A stretch of DNA of 64,000 bases, from positions 372,001 through 436,000 of the forward strand of contig MU008189.1 of NCBI GenBank assembly GCA_010909165.1, read 5' to 3'. Shown in pieces: positions 46,706-59,325 of the stretch. Position numbers and translations under genes: made by a program. Below the pieces are notes generated by a model. It did not search any database and had not been told where the DNA came from. It saw only the letters and a list, made by a program, of their open reading frames with translations. Numbering within the stretch: the first letter of the stretch is position 1; each line of letters begins with the position of its first letter. This DNA is from Anthoceros angustus (lineage: Eukaryota; Plantae; Anthocerotophyta).

Positions 46706-49700
46706 GTAGGCCTAGGGCTTTCAAATGCCTTGCTATGATGAAGATTGCAGCAGCCGTACGGGAGATTTCTAGCTAAATATTTTCTTGAAGAACATTGTAT
46801 CATAGTTTCTTGAACATAGTTGGTCCTTGCCACCTAATTGATTAAGTTAGCATCACGAGGCATATAACGAGTCTTTGGTACCTTGATCAAGCTTGGGTCA
46901 CTCAAGACGTAATCTTATGTCTTACTAAAAGGAGGGCTTCACCTATTTTCTTACTTCAAAGTTGCTCGGAATGTGCCCTAGACAAGTAGGCGAGGCATAG
47001 TTTTGGCACTTGATTAGCACTTACGCCTCGCTTGAGGCTACACTCGATTTTAGTCGAATTGCGTGTTGCAATTTAATCAAACGAGGAGTTTGGATGAACA
47101 TGGGAATAGTATGGACGGAAACATACAAGACGCTAACATTGCGTATATACCGTAAACCAATATGTTTGACTCATAAAGTATTCAAAGAAATTTATTAAGA
47201 CAAGTAAAAATCTTTCAAAAGCTTTCTACAAAGAGAATTCATATATTCCACTCGAGGAAATGATTACATCTCAAAATAACTTGGAGAGGAGGAAAAGCAT
47301 CTCCTACTTTCAAATCCATAGTTGTTGCTTCAAATTTGCATGATAACTTGCAAGCTATGGAGCTATGCTATGTAATACACATGGTCACAGGTGAACATCC
47401 CACCAACAATTAGTCCTTTGCGAGTCATTATTGCGCCTTTTAACTCGCTTGTACGCATGGTGCACACCCTACGCAGCGATTAGTACAATTTGGAGGTGAG
47501 GAATGGAATCAATTCGGACAATCCAGTTGTCTTTGGGGCGGCATAGGATTGGTGGGTTCGCCATAGTTTCAACGCATCAACATTTTGCACCATGAAGCCT
47601 CAGAAAAAGTCCCAAGAAAAGGAGGACGCTCACGAGGAAGAGGATTCTCATGCCCATGCTCGCCATTCGCTCTTGAATCGATCAACACTTCAAAATATGA
47701 TAAAAACCGATTTATGAGACCATTGATATAAAACTAAGACCCATGCACATGAGATAAAATCACCTAACTAACTCCATGCTACTTGAAAAGGCAATACCAC
47801 ACAAAAATCAAAGCAAACTTACATTGTTACTATATTCAAGTCTTGAGACAGTGAAGACAATTGTATAATTTTAGTCATAGCCAGATTCGCATATAGAGTC
47901 GATGATGTAACTTTTCTCGATCATACCAATTATATTCTCAATATCTCCGATACATAGATGTAGATCAAAATCAAATACCTCACTTGAAATACCTCAAGAT
48001 CTTACATATTTGAAAAAATATTTATAAAAAATAAAAAAGAAAAGAAAAAACCTAGGAGCTTCAAGATTGCGGAGGAATTCCTCTTCTCTCCTACACACAA
48101 TGTAAGCTGCTTACGAGTGCAATTTCTCACCAACATACCGACAATACCCGTCCTTTTGGAGTTTGCTAGCTCTCTTGACACACATAATGCGAACTTAGGC
48201 AGGCTCTTCTTTGACAAAGGCGGAGCTACTAATCTAGGGATCCATGCTCAAGCTCGAGGAGACTCACCTCATTTTCTACAACTAACACACTTGAATGAAG
48301 GCGTGTAGGCCTAGGGCTTTCAAATGCCTTGCTATGATGAAGATTGCAGACGGGAGATTTCTAGCTAAATATTTTCTTGAAGAACATTGTATCATAGTTT
48401 CCTTGAACATAGTTGGTCCTTGCCACCTAATTGATTAAGTTAGCATCACGAGGCATATAACGAGTCTTTGGTACCTTGATCAAGCTTGGGTCACCAAGAC
48501 GTAATCTTATGTCTTACTAAAAGGAGGGCTTCACCTATTTTCTTACTTCAAAGTTGCTCGGAATGTGCCCTAGACAAGTAGGCGAGGCATAGTTTTGGCA
48601 CTTGATTAGCACTTACGCCTCGCTGAGGCTACACTCGATTTTAGTCGAATTGCCGTGTTGCAATTTAATCAAACGAGGAGTTTGGATGAACATGGGAATA
48701 GTACGGACGGAAACATACAAGACGCGAACATTGCGTACATACCGTAAACCAATATGTTTGACTCATAAAGTATTCAAAGAAATTTATTAAGACAAGTAAA
48801 AATCTTTCAAAAGCTTTCTACAAAGAGAATTCATATATTCCACTCGAGGAAATGATTACATCTCAAAATAACTTGGAGAGGAGGAAAAGCATCTCCTACT
48901 TTCAAATCCATAGTTGTTGCTTCAAATTTGCATGATAACTTGCAAGCTATGGAGCTATGCTATGTAATACACATGGCCGCAGAACATCCCACCAACAATT
49001 AGTCCTTTGCCGAGTCATTATTGCGTCTTTTAACTCGCTTGTACGCATGGTGCACACCCTACGCAGATTAGTACAATTTGGAGGTGAGGAATGGAATCAA
49101 TTCGACAATCCAGCCAGCTGGACGGCATAGGATTGGTGGGTTCGCCATAGTTTCAACGCATCAACATTTTGCACCATGAAGCCTCCAAAAGTCCCAAGAA
49201 AAGGAGGACGCTCACGAGGAAGAGGATTCTCATGCCCATGCTCGCCATTCGCTCTTGAATCGATCAACACTTCAAAATATGATAAAAAAAACCGATTTAT
49301 GAGACCATTGATATAAAACTAAGACCCATGCACATGAGATAAAATCACCTAACTAACTCCATGCTACTTGAAAAGGCAATACCACACAAAAATCAAAGCA
49401 AACTTACATTGTTACTATATTCAAGTCTTGAGACAGTGAAGACAATTGTATAATTTTTAGTCATAGCCGATGCATATATAGAGTCGATGATGTAACTTTT
49501 CTCGATCATACCAATTATATTCTCAATATCTCCGATACATAGATGTAGATCAAAATCAAATACCTCACTTGAAATACCTCAAGATCTTACATATTTGAAA
49601 AAATATTTATAAAAATAAAAAGAAAAGAAAAACCTAGGAGCTTCAAGATTGGAGGAATTCCTCTGTTCTCTCCTACACACAATGTAAGCTGCTTTCGAGT

Positions 49701-52700
49701 GCAATTTCTCACCAACAACATACCGACAATACATTTTTTGGAGTTTGCTAGCTCTCTTGACACACATAATGCGAACTTAGACAGCTCTTCTTTGACAAAG
49801 GCGGAGCTACTAATCTAGGGATCCATGCTCAAGCTCGAGGAGACTCACCTCATTTTCTACAACTAACACACTTGAATGAAGGCGTAGGCCTAGGGCTTTC
49901 AAATGCCTTGCTATGATGAAGATTGACCGTGACGGAGATTTCTAGCTAAATATTTTCTTGAAGAACATTGTATCATAGTTTCCTTGAACATAGTTGGTCC
50001 TTGCCACCTAATTGATTAAGTTAGCATCACCGAGGCATATAACGAGTCTTTGGTACCTTGATCAAGCTTGGGTCACTCAAGACGAATCTTATGTCTTACT
50101 AAAAGGAGGGCTTCACCTATTTTCTTACTTCAAAGTTGCTCGAATGTGCCCTAGACAAGTAGGGCGAGGCATAGTTTTGGCACTTGATTAGCACTTACGC
50201 CTCGCTTGAGGCTACACTCGATTTTAGTCGAATTGCCGTGTTGCGCCAATTTAATCAAACGAGGAGTTTGGATGAACATGGGAATAGTACGGACGGAAAC
50301 ATACGCTGAACATTGCGTACATACCGTAAACCAATATGTTTGACTCATAAAGTATTCAAAGAAATTTATTAAGACAAGTAAAAATCTTTCAAAAGCTTTC
50401 TACAAAGAGAATTCATATATTCCACTCGAGGAAATGATTACATCTCAAAATAACTTGGAGAGGAGGAAAAGCATCTCCTACTTTCAAATCCATAGTTGTT
50501 GCTTCAAATTTGCATGATAACTTGCAAGCTATGGAGCTATGCTATGTAATACACATGGCCGTTGAACATCCCACCAACAATTAGTCCTTTGCCGTAGTCA
50601 TTATTGCGCCTTTAACTTTTCTGTTTGTACGCATGGTGCACACCCTACGCGATTAGTACAATTTGGAGGTGAGGAATCGGAATCAATTCGGACAATCCGG
50701 TTGTCTTTGGGGCGGCATAGGATTGGTGGGTTCGCCATAGTTTGAGCATCAACATTTTGCACCATGAAGCCTCAGAAAAAGTCCCAAGAAAAGGAGGACG
50801 CTCACGAGGAAGAGGATTCTCATGCCCATGCTCGCCATTCGTTCTTGAATCGATCAACACTTCAAAATATGATAAAAAAAACCGATTTATGAGACCATTG
50901 ATATAAAACTAAGACCCATGCACATGAGATAAAATCACCTAACTAACTCCATGCTACTTGAAAAGGCAATACCACACAAAAATCAAAGCAAACTTACATT
51001 GTTACTATATTCAAGTCTTGAGACAGTGAAGACAATTGTATAATTTTTAGTCATAGCCGATATGCATATATAGAGTCGATGATGTAACTTTTCTCGATCA
51101 TACCAATTATATTCTCAATATCTCCGATACATAGATGTAGATCAAAATCAAATACCTCACTTGAAATACCTCAAGATCTTACATATTTGAAAAAATATTT
51201 ATAAAAATAAAAAGAAAAGAAAAAAACCTAGGAGCTTCAAGATTGCGGAGGAATTCCTCTGTTCTCTCCTACACACAATGTAAGCTGCTTTCGAGTGCAA
51301 TTTCTCACCCTTGAACATCCCACCAACAATTAGTCCTTTTTGGGTTGCTAGCTCTCTTGACACACATAATGCGAACTTAGACAGCTCTTCTTTGACAAAG
51401 GCGGAGCTACTAATCTAGGGATCCATGCTCAAGCTCAGGAGACTCACCTCATTTTCTACAACTAACACACTTGAATGAAGGCGGTAGGCCTAGGGCTTTC
51501 AAATGCCTTGCTATGATGAAGATTGCAGCAGACGGAGATTTCTAGCTAAATATTTTCTTGAAGAACATTGTATCATAGTTTCCTTGAACATAGTTGGTCC
51601 TTGCCACCTAATTGATTAAGTTAGCATCACCGAGGCATATAACGAGTCTTTGGTACCTTGATCAAGCTTGGGTCACTCAAGACGAATCTTATGTCTTACT
51701 AAAAGGAGGGCTTCACCTATTTTCTTACTTCAAAGTTGCTCGAATGTGCCCTAGACAAGTAGGGCGAGGCATAGTTTTGGCACTTGATTAGCACTTACGC
51801 CTCGGTTGAGGCTACACTCGATTTTAGTCGAATTGCCGTGTTGCGCCAATTTAATCAAACGAGGAGTTTGGATGAACATGGGAATAGTACGGACGGAAAC
51901 ATACGCTGAACATTGCGTACATACCGTAAACCAATATGTTTGACTCATAAAGTATTCAAAGAAATTTATTAAGACAAGTAAAATCTTTCAAAAGCTTTCT
52001 ACAAAGAGAATTCATATATTCCACTCGAGGAAATGATTACATCTCAAAATAACTTGGAGAGGAGGGAAAAGCATCTCCTACTTTCAAATCCATAGTTGTT
52101 GCTTCAAATTTGCATGATAACTTGCAAGCTATGGAGCTATGCTATGTAATACACATGGTCACTGGTGAACATCCCACCAACAATTAGTCCTTTGCCGAGT
52201 CATTATTGCGCCTTTAACTTTTCTTGTACGCATGGTGCACACCACGCAATGATTAGTACAATTTGGAGGTGAGGAATGGAATCAATTCGACAATCCAGTT
52301 GTCTTTGGGGCGGCATAGGATTGGTGGGTTCGCCATAGTTTCAACGCATCAACATTTTGCACCATGAAGCCTCCAAAAGTCCCAAGAAAAGGAGGACGCC
52401 ACGAGGAAGAGGATTCTCATGCCCATGCTCGCCATTCGCTCTTGAATCGATCAACACTTCAAAATATGATAAAAAAAACCGATTTATGAGACCATTGATA
52501 TAAAACTAAGACCCATGCACATGAGATAAAATCACCTAACTAACTCCATGCTACTTGAAAAGGCAATACCACACAAAAATCAAAGCAAACTTACATTGTT
52601 ACTATATTCAAGTCTTGAGACAGTGAAGACAATTGTATAATTTTTAGTCATAGCCAGATTCCATATATAGAGTCGATGATGTAACTTTTCTCGATCATAC

Positions 52701-54530
52701 CAATTATATTCTCAATATCTCCGATACATAGATGTAGATCAAAATCAAATACCTCACTTGAAATACCTCAAGATCTTACATATTTGAAAAAATATTTATA
52801 AAAATAAAAAAGAAAAGAAAAAAACCTAGGAGCTTCAAGATTGCCGAGGAATTCCCTGTTCTCTCCTACATACAATGTAAGCTGCTTGCTACAGTGCAAT
52901 TTCACCAACATACGACAATACCCTACCGTCCTTTGAGTTTGCTAGCTCTTGACACACATAATGCGAACTTAGACAGCTCTTCTTTGACAAAGGCGGAGCT
53001 ACTAATCTAGGGATCCATGCTCAAGCTCGAGGAGACTCACCTCATTTTCTACAACTAACACACTTGAATGAAGGCAGTAGGCCTAGGGCTTTCAAATGCC
53101 TTGCTATGATGAAGATTAAGCAGACGGGAGATTTCTAGCTAAATATTTTCTTGAAGAACATTGTATCATAGTTTCCTTGAACATAGTTGGTCCTTGCCAC
53201 CTAATTGATTAAGTTAGCATCACGAGGCATATTCAGTCTTTCCAAGGCACCTTCATTCATAGGTGACTCTCAAGGTTTATTAATAGGCTTCGACACCTTG
53301 ATCAAGCTTGGGTCACCAAGACGAATCTTATGTCTTACTAAAAGGAGGGCTTCACCTATTTTCTTACTTCAAAGTTGCTCGGAATGTGCCCTAGACAAGT
53401 AGGGCGAGGCATAGTTTTGGCACTTGATTAGCACTTACGCCTCGCTTGAGGCTACACTCGATTTTAGTCGAACGTGTTGCCAATTTAATCAAACGAGGAG
53501 TTTGGATGAACATGGGAATAGTACGGACGGAAACATACAAGACGCGAACATTGCGTATATACCGTAAACCAATATGTTTGACTCATAAAGTATTCAAAGA
53601 AATTTATTAAGACAAGTAAAATCTTTCAAAAGCTTTCTACAAAGAGAATTCATATATTCCACTCGAGGAAATGATTACATCTCAAAATAACTTGGAGAGG
53701 AGGGAAAAGCATCTCCTACTTTCAAATCCATAGTTGTTGCTTCAATTTGCATGATAACTTGCAAGCTATGGAGCTATGCTATGTAATACACATGGCCGCA
53801 GAACATCCCACCAACAATTAGTCCTTTGCAGTCATTATTGCGCCTTTAACTCGCTTTACGCATGGTGCACACCCTACGCAGCGATTAGTACAATTTGGAG
53901 GTGAGGAATCGAATCAATTCGCATAATCCAGCTTGGACGCATAGGATTGGTGGGTTCGCCATAGTTTCAACGCATCAACATTTTGCACCATGAAGCCTCC
54001 AAAAGTCCCAAGAAAAGGAGGACGCCACGAGGAAGAGGATTCTCATGCCCATGCTCGCCATTCGCTCTTGAATCGATCAACACTTCAAAATATGATAAAA
54101 AAAAAACCGATTTATGAGACCATTGATATAAAACTAAGACCCATGCACATGAGATAAAATCACCTAACTAACTCCATGCTACTTGAAAAGGCAATACCAC
54201 AAAAATCAAAGCAAACTTACATTGTTACTATATTCAAGTCTTGAGACAGTGAAGACAATTGTATAATTTTTAGTCATAGCGATCTCGTATATAGAGTCGA
54301 TGATGTAACTTTTCTCGATCATACCAATTATATTCTCAATATCTCCGATACATAGATGTAGATCAAAATCAAATACCTCACTTGAAATACCTCAAGATCT
54401 TACATATTTGAAAAAAATATTTATAAAAAAATAAAAAAAGAAAAGAAAAAAAACCTAGGAGCTTCAAGATTGCTGAGGAATTCCCCTGTTCTCTCCTACA
54501 TACAATGTAAGCTGCTTGCTACGAGTGCAT
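46706..54530. repeat. Tandem array of a ~1.59-kb AT-rich unit, ~4.9 copies (starts 46706, 48305, 49884, 51484, 53077); probably TE-derived
   Basis: gtaggcctagggctttcaaatgcc recurs at periods of 1599, 1579, 1600 and 1593 bp. Copies are near-identical except for small indels. No long ORF. Confidence 0.97.
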
Positions 54531-54585
54531 TTTCTTAGCTACGATTGCACTTTCTTGCATTGACGTCCTTAGGGGAAGGCACTAG

Positions 54586-54895
54586 GTAGACCTGTTCTTG
54601 GATTCTTTGCTATGATATCTTCTTAGCTTCAGGAGATTTTCATCTGTTTTCTTCCGAAAGATAGTTTTCTAGAATAGTGGAAATTGTTGGCACCTAGATC
54701 AAGGGTATGTCGTGAGGCATATTACGAGTCTTTCCAAGGCACCTTCATTCATAGGTGACTCTCAAGGTTTATTAATAGGCTTCGACACCTTGATCACGAG
54801 CACTCGGAGGGATAATACTTTAAATATAGGGAGTGGCTCACCTATTTTCTTACTTTGTTGCTTTGGAGTCATTCTAGACTAGTAGTAGGGAGGAG
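54586..54895. repeat. Diverged partial copy of the first ~300 bp of the 1.59-kb unit
   Basis: Colinear matches ttgctatgat, ggagattt, atagttt, caccta, gaggcatat, ccttgatca, cacctattttcttactt, ctagac.agtag. Confidence 0.75.
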
Positions 54896-54904
54896 TGGCT
54901 TATC

Positions 54905-55385
54905 TCTTGCTTAGTAGGGGTAATTCATTTTCTTGCTCAGTAGGGGTGATTTATCTTCTTGCTTAGTAGGGGTGATTCATTTTCTTGCTTAGTAGGGGTG
55001 ATTCATTTGCTTGGTCAGTAGGGGTGATTCCTTTTCTTTCTTGGTAGGGGTGATTCAGTTTCTGCGTTAGTAGGGGTGATTCAATTTCTTCTTTGTGATT
55101 GACTTGCTTGCTTAGTAGGGGTGATTCATTTTCTTCCTTGCTAGGATGATTCAGTGTCTTCCTCATTAGGGGTGATTCATTTTCTTCCTTGTAGGATGAT
55201 TCGGTGTCTTCCTGAGTAGGGGTGATTCATTTTCTTCCTTGTAGGATGATTCGGTTTCTTCCTGAGTAGGGGTGATCCATTTTCTTCCTTGGTAGGGTGA
55301 TTCAATTTGTTCCTTAGTAGGGGTGATTCATTTTCTTCCTTAGTAGGGGTGATTCATTTTCTTCCTTAGTAGGGGTGATTCATAT
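54905..55385. repeat. Minisatellite, ~26-bp monomer CTTAGTAGGGGTGATTCATTTTCTTC, ~17 copies, including a 50-bp higher-order dimer
   Basis: Directly visible. Dimer starts at 55116, 55167, 55217 and 55267. Confidence 0.95.
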
Positions 55386-55482
55386 GACTTGTGTTGACTC
55401 TCATATTCTCCTTAGTGTATAGGACATTCCACCAACAATGCTTGCGTAGTTTACACATCTAGGGTGCCATGGGTGACTCTAG

Positions 55483-55579
55483 AGCTTATTAGCTTGGCAT
55501 CACTCTTATCTGCCCGAGCCGAGGCCTTAGCTTATTAGCTTCGCATCACTCTTATCTGCCCGAGCCGAGACCTTAGCTT
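55483..55579. repeat. 46-bp tandem duplication
   Basis: agcttattagctt(g/c)gcatcactcttatctgcccgagccgag(g/a)cctt occurs twice, followed by agctt. Confidence 0.92.
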
Positions 55580-55941
55580 TCGTATAAACACAATTGGTAG
55601 TTGAAAGCAAAAATGCAACTTGAAACGAAAAGGAATCCGTGAATCCGTTCTGCAGAGCAGCCTCACAGTTTGTACAGGAAGAAACGGAGGTATCACCGGG
55701 AAGTCGAGTGAAGCGGAGTTCCAGGCGCACTACTTAGAAGCACGCAAACAAGCATAGGTACGTGCCAGCCCTACTTACAGCTCCGTCCAATGAATTCCCA
55801 CGAGACGAGAGTCTCGAGATCATGGAGAGCCAAAATCACAATCACATGTACAGTTTGGAGGATCTGAGCAGAGCCAGTATGTGTTCCGCAGGAGAACACA
55901 CTCCAGCACAAGCATACTGATGTCTTGACACGATCCAGCGA

Positions 55942-56337
55942 TCAGCAGTCGGGGTGGTGGTCGTCGCGGATGCACTGCTCCTGGCAGCGGCGCATGCAAA
56001 TGTCGTTCCAGCGGGGGACGTGGTGCGGGCTGGCGCACACGGTCCGCGCGCAGGCGTCCGCGCATGCATCCACCTCCGACACCCCGCACACCACAACGCA
56101 GGTGTCTCTCGTGGGATCCTTGGAGAAGGCCCCCACCCGCGCCAGCATCTTGTTGGAGGTGCAGACTCTCTGGCACACGAACGCCTCGGGAGCGGCGCCG
56201 GTAGCGGTGCTGGGATCCCGCCCCCGCAGCCGCTCCAGCTCCTTCAGATGCCGCCGCCTGTTGATGTTCCTGATGGCCTGCTTCAGCGTCACCACGGCCG
56301 GCCCTACAACCACGCCCCACAGCCACCACTTCACCAT
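55942..56337 (-). CDS. Conserved Cys-rich plant protein, At5g64816-like, single exon
   Basis: N-terminal hydrophobic anchor, then FVCQRVCTSNKMLARVGAFSKDP..DTCVVVCGVSEVDACADACARTVC..VPRWNDICMRRCQEQC. Confidence 0.9.
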   Translation of the reverse strand: MVKWWLWGVVVGPAVVTLKQAIRNINRRRHLKELERLRGRDPSTATGAAPEAFVCQRVCTSNKMLARVGAFSKDPTRDTCVVVCGVSEVDACADACARTVCASPHHVPRWNDICMRRCQEQCIRDDHHPDC

Positions 56338-57514
56338 CGATTCGGTCGCACTTCCCCCTCGCAGCCAGCCTCCGGCGATCTCAATTTCCTCCCCTTCATC
56401 ACCGAATTAGCCGATGCCTGCTAGGACGACCTACCGTCTTATTCCAACCCGTGCCCCTAAAAACACTGTCCGAAACCGAACCGTTGTCCTACACCACAAA
56501 CTGAAGACTGGAGTTGTGAAACTTCCCTTCTCGTCTCCACACAAAGATTTGCTTCACGAACTTGCTGTGAAATCATGAGGAGGGAAAGCTTGACGGAGCA
56601 TCGAGGAAGGATGTATGATTTGAATACCGAATAGGGCTTCGATAAGCAGGAAGCTAAGAAGCTTGGAGATATGACATCCATACGTAACCGTCACGCAAGC
56701 ACGCTAGGTATTATGCAAGCAAGCTCGGGAAAATGATGGAGTACTGTAAACGTACCTAATAAGAAAGAAAGCGAATTACAGATGGGGCACAGGCGGTCGC
56801 CGGTCGCCGGTGAAACCTAACCTGAAAGGTGACTCCGACGCGATTCGCGTCTTGTGCCTGCAAATTGTGTGTGCGTATGAACCACTGCTACACCGACCAA
56901 AGTCGAAAGCTGGTTGTCTCAAGTTCCATGCTTGGGCGCATCCATGCGGCATGCATGATAAGAGGCAGGAGCGACACCCACTAGGAATTGGAAACCGGAA
57001 GGCAGTCCAGCACATGAAGAAGAAGAAGTGTATTATAGTCCACTTGGACGGAATGTTCCTGGCGAGGTCGAATAAACCCCCGTCCCCCGTACCCCCACCC
57101 GTCCCCCGACGGACTTTAATAATTTTTTTGGGTCATCATAAACAAGGAAAGGAATATTTGTGGGCGGCACGAGGCGGAGGCAGCCGGGAGATTAATGCCA
57201 GCGTGCGAGCGCGAGAGGGGGATGGTAACGGCGACGGTAGTGGACTCGCGTCGCATGTGGTTCCGAGCGCGGGAGTTCCGATGCCCCACGCGGGGCTGAT
57301 GTCAATTCCACCAGACGCACATTCCCAGAGAGACAGACGCCGCGCGGTGCACATGTCGTGGGCGGAACTTGGAAGCCCGGTGGGAAGCCGATTGTTTCGG
57401 TCCAGGCTAGCGTGAGTCTAACAAGATGATGGAGGAGCGGGCGCTCGAGGAGGAGGAGTTGGAGTCGGAGTCGGCGTCGGAGTCGGAGTAGAGTAGAGGA
57501 GGTGGCCGGGGCTC

Positions 57515-59325
57515 ATGGGCAATGACAGCAGGCTACTGCTGGGGATGCCGGTGCCGGGCTCGGGCTCGGGCTCGGGCGGGGGCGACGACGAGCAAGTCTC
57601 GAAGCAGAAATGGTACGGCAAGAAGGTTGACGGGCCCGGGGCGGGATACCGATCGGGGCCGCGCTGCCGCTGCTCCTCCGCGTGCCTGCTCTGGTACGCA
57701 GTGGTGTTGTGCACGGGGCTCACTCTGCTGATGAGAAACGTGGGCGACCGCGGGGCGCACTGGCTGGGCCTGGTGGCCGGGGACTCGTTCGCGGACTCCG
57801 TGCTGGGAATGGGAATCGCGAGGCAGGCTCAGGCTCAGGCCCAGGCTCAGGCGGAGTGGGAGTCCAGGGAGCACATCCCCGGGACGAGCTTGCATGGCGC
57901 GGCTGTGGCCCCAGCCCGCCAGCACGTCGACTGCTTCTTCAGGTGAGAAGTCGGTCGGGGATGGTGTCTTTCTTCTTGAACCGGGAGTTGTGTGCTCATG
58001 GGTTAACGTTTCTTGGCCTGCCTCCTGCCTCCTGCCTCCTGCCTCCTGCCGCGCGCGCGATCTCTCGGATTTGGCTGCGTGCAGCTCCGGGAAGTGGGTG
58101 TACGATCCCACCCCGCGGTACATGGTGCCCGCCTTCCTCACCTCCAACAGCCTCAGGGGCTGCGACAAAGTCTTCCTCCAGGAAGTGCCCGGGGCCGTGG
58201 CGGGCGACGACGCCAACGCCGTGGTGGCCAGGATCGCTGCTGGGAACGCCTCTGCCGCCGACTGGATTGTACGAATCTCGAGCGCCAAGCCCGGGCTTGT
58301 GTTCATTCTCATTCCTAAGTTTGTTTATTTGGTTGGCATGGATATATATGTATGGTAACAAACACAAAGGCTACATGTAACAACAGGTGCGAGACGCGCT
58401 CAAGTGGGATTGGCACACGGACCAGGCGAGGTGCCCCCTGCTGCCCCTGGATAGAGAGGATCTGTGCAGGCGGATTGGGTCCCGCCGGAACGTGCTGGTG
58501 GTGGGGGATTCCATCAACCAGGAGCTTTACTGGACGCTGCTGAACCACCTGGTGGGCAACAGGACGGGGTGGCGGGTGCCCAGGAGCTCTGTCGAGCGCT
58601 ACGTGCAGGGGGATCAGGAGCTCTGCGCGGACGTGCTGGGAGGCCCCGGGCTCGGCTTCCGGGTAGGTCATGTGCGCAACGACCGCCTGTCGCTCACGCA
58701 GCGCTATGTGGAGGACAAGCACGCCAATTTCTACGAGCACCCGTGGGTGAACGTGGTAGAGCCTTGGAACATCTCGCTCTTCATCTTCAACCGGGGGGCG
58801 CACTTCGAGCCGGACGAGGACTACGCCGAGTCGCTCACCAACATCTACAGCGTCATCGCATCTCGCTGGCCGCACGCGCAGGTCTTCTACCGCAGCACTC
58901 CTCCAGGTGCGTGCCCTAGCTACATTGCCTTCACAGTGTCCCTTCCAAGATGACGTACAACTCTTCACTGCTGCTGCTGCAACCTGCTCACCCATTTGCA
59001 TTTGCATTTGCATGCCCTCCGTCCTGCAGGCCATGTGAATTGCACCAGCTACCAGCGCCCCGTCACGGAGCGCCAGTCCGAGGACACCCTGGCCGGATTC
59101 AATCCCCGGCGCTACCACTGGGCGGACTTCGCGCGGCAGAACGCCATCGCCAGGCGGGTCACCGAGACCTTCGGGCACGTCTTCCTGGACCTGGAAGCTC
59201 CCATAGCTTTCCGCCCGGACAGCCATCTGTCGCCCACGGACTGCCTGCATTACTGCATGCCGGGGCCCCTCGACGTCTTCGCCAAGCTCTTCTACAACGC
59301 CATGAGGCTCCTCAACCCGCGCTGA
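57515..59325 (+). CDS. Trichome-birefringence-like / PC-esterase polysaccharide O-acetyltransferase (exons ~57515-57942, 58085-58268, 58387-58906, 59030-59325)
   Basis: Type II TM anchor, CFFSSGKWVYD, WDWHTDQARCPL, VLVVGDS, FNRGAH, FYRSTPPGH, RPDSH..DCLHYCMPGPLD (GDS and DxxH catalytic motifs). Confidence 0.9.
58018..58049 (+). repeat. (CTGCCTC)n heptamer microsatellite in TBL intron 1
   Basis: ctgcctc x4 followed by ctgc. Confidence 0.85.

Noticed and set aside
46750-46775. ccgtacgg...ctag as a Helitron 3' end
   Set aside because: The hairpin is not reproduced in other copies and CTAG is not followed by T/TC.
47918-47928. CGATCATACCA in each 1.59-kb unit resembles the 5' end of 5S rRNA
   Set aside because: Only 11 nt match. 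The rest of the 5S gene and its internal promoter boxes are absent, so this is not a 5S array.
54905-55385. CRISPR-like or coding repeat (ORF 54963-55166)
   Set aside because: No unique spacers, eukaryotic context, and the 26/50-bp periods are not multiples of 3.
54580-55417. CACTA...TAGTG possibly delimiting a CACTA element
   Set aside because: TIR similarity barely extends past 5 bp and the 3-bp flanks differ (agg vs tat).
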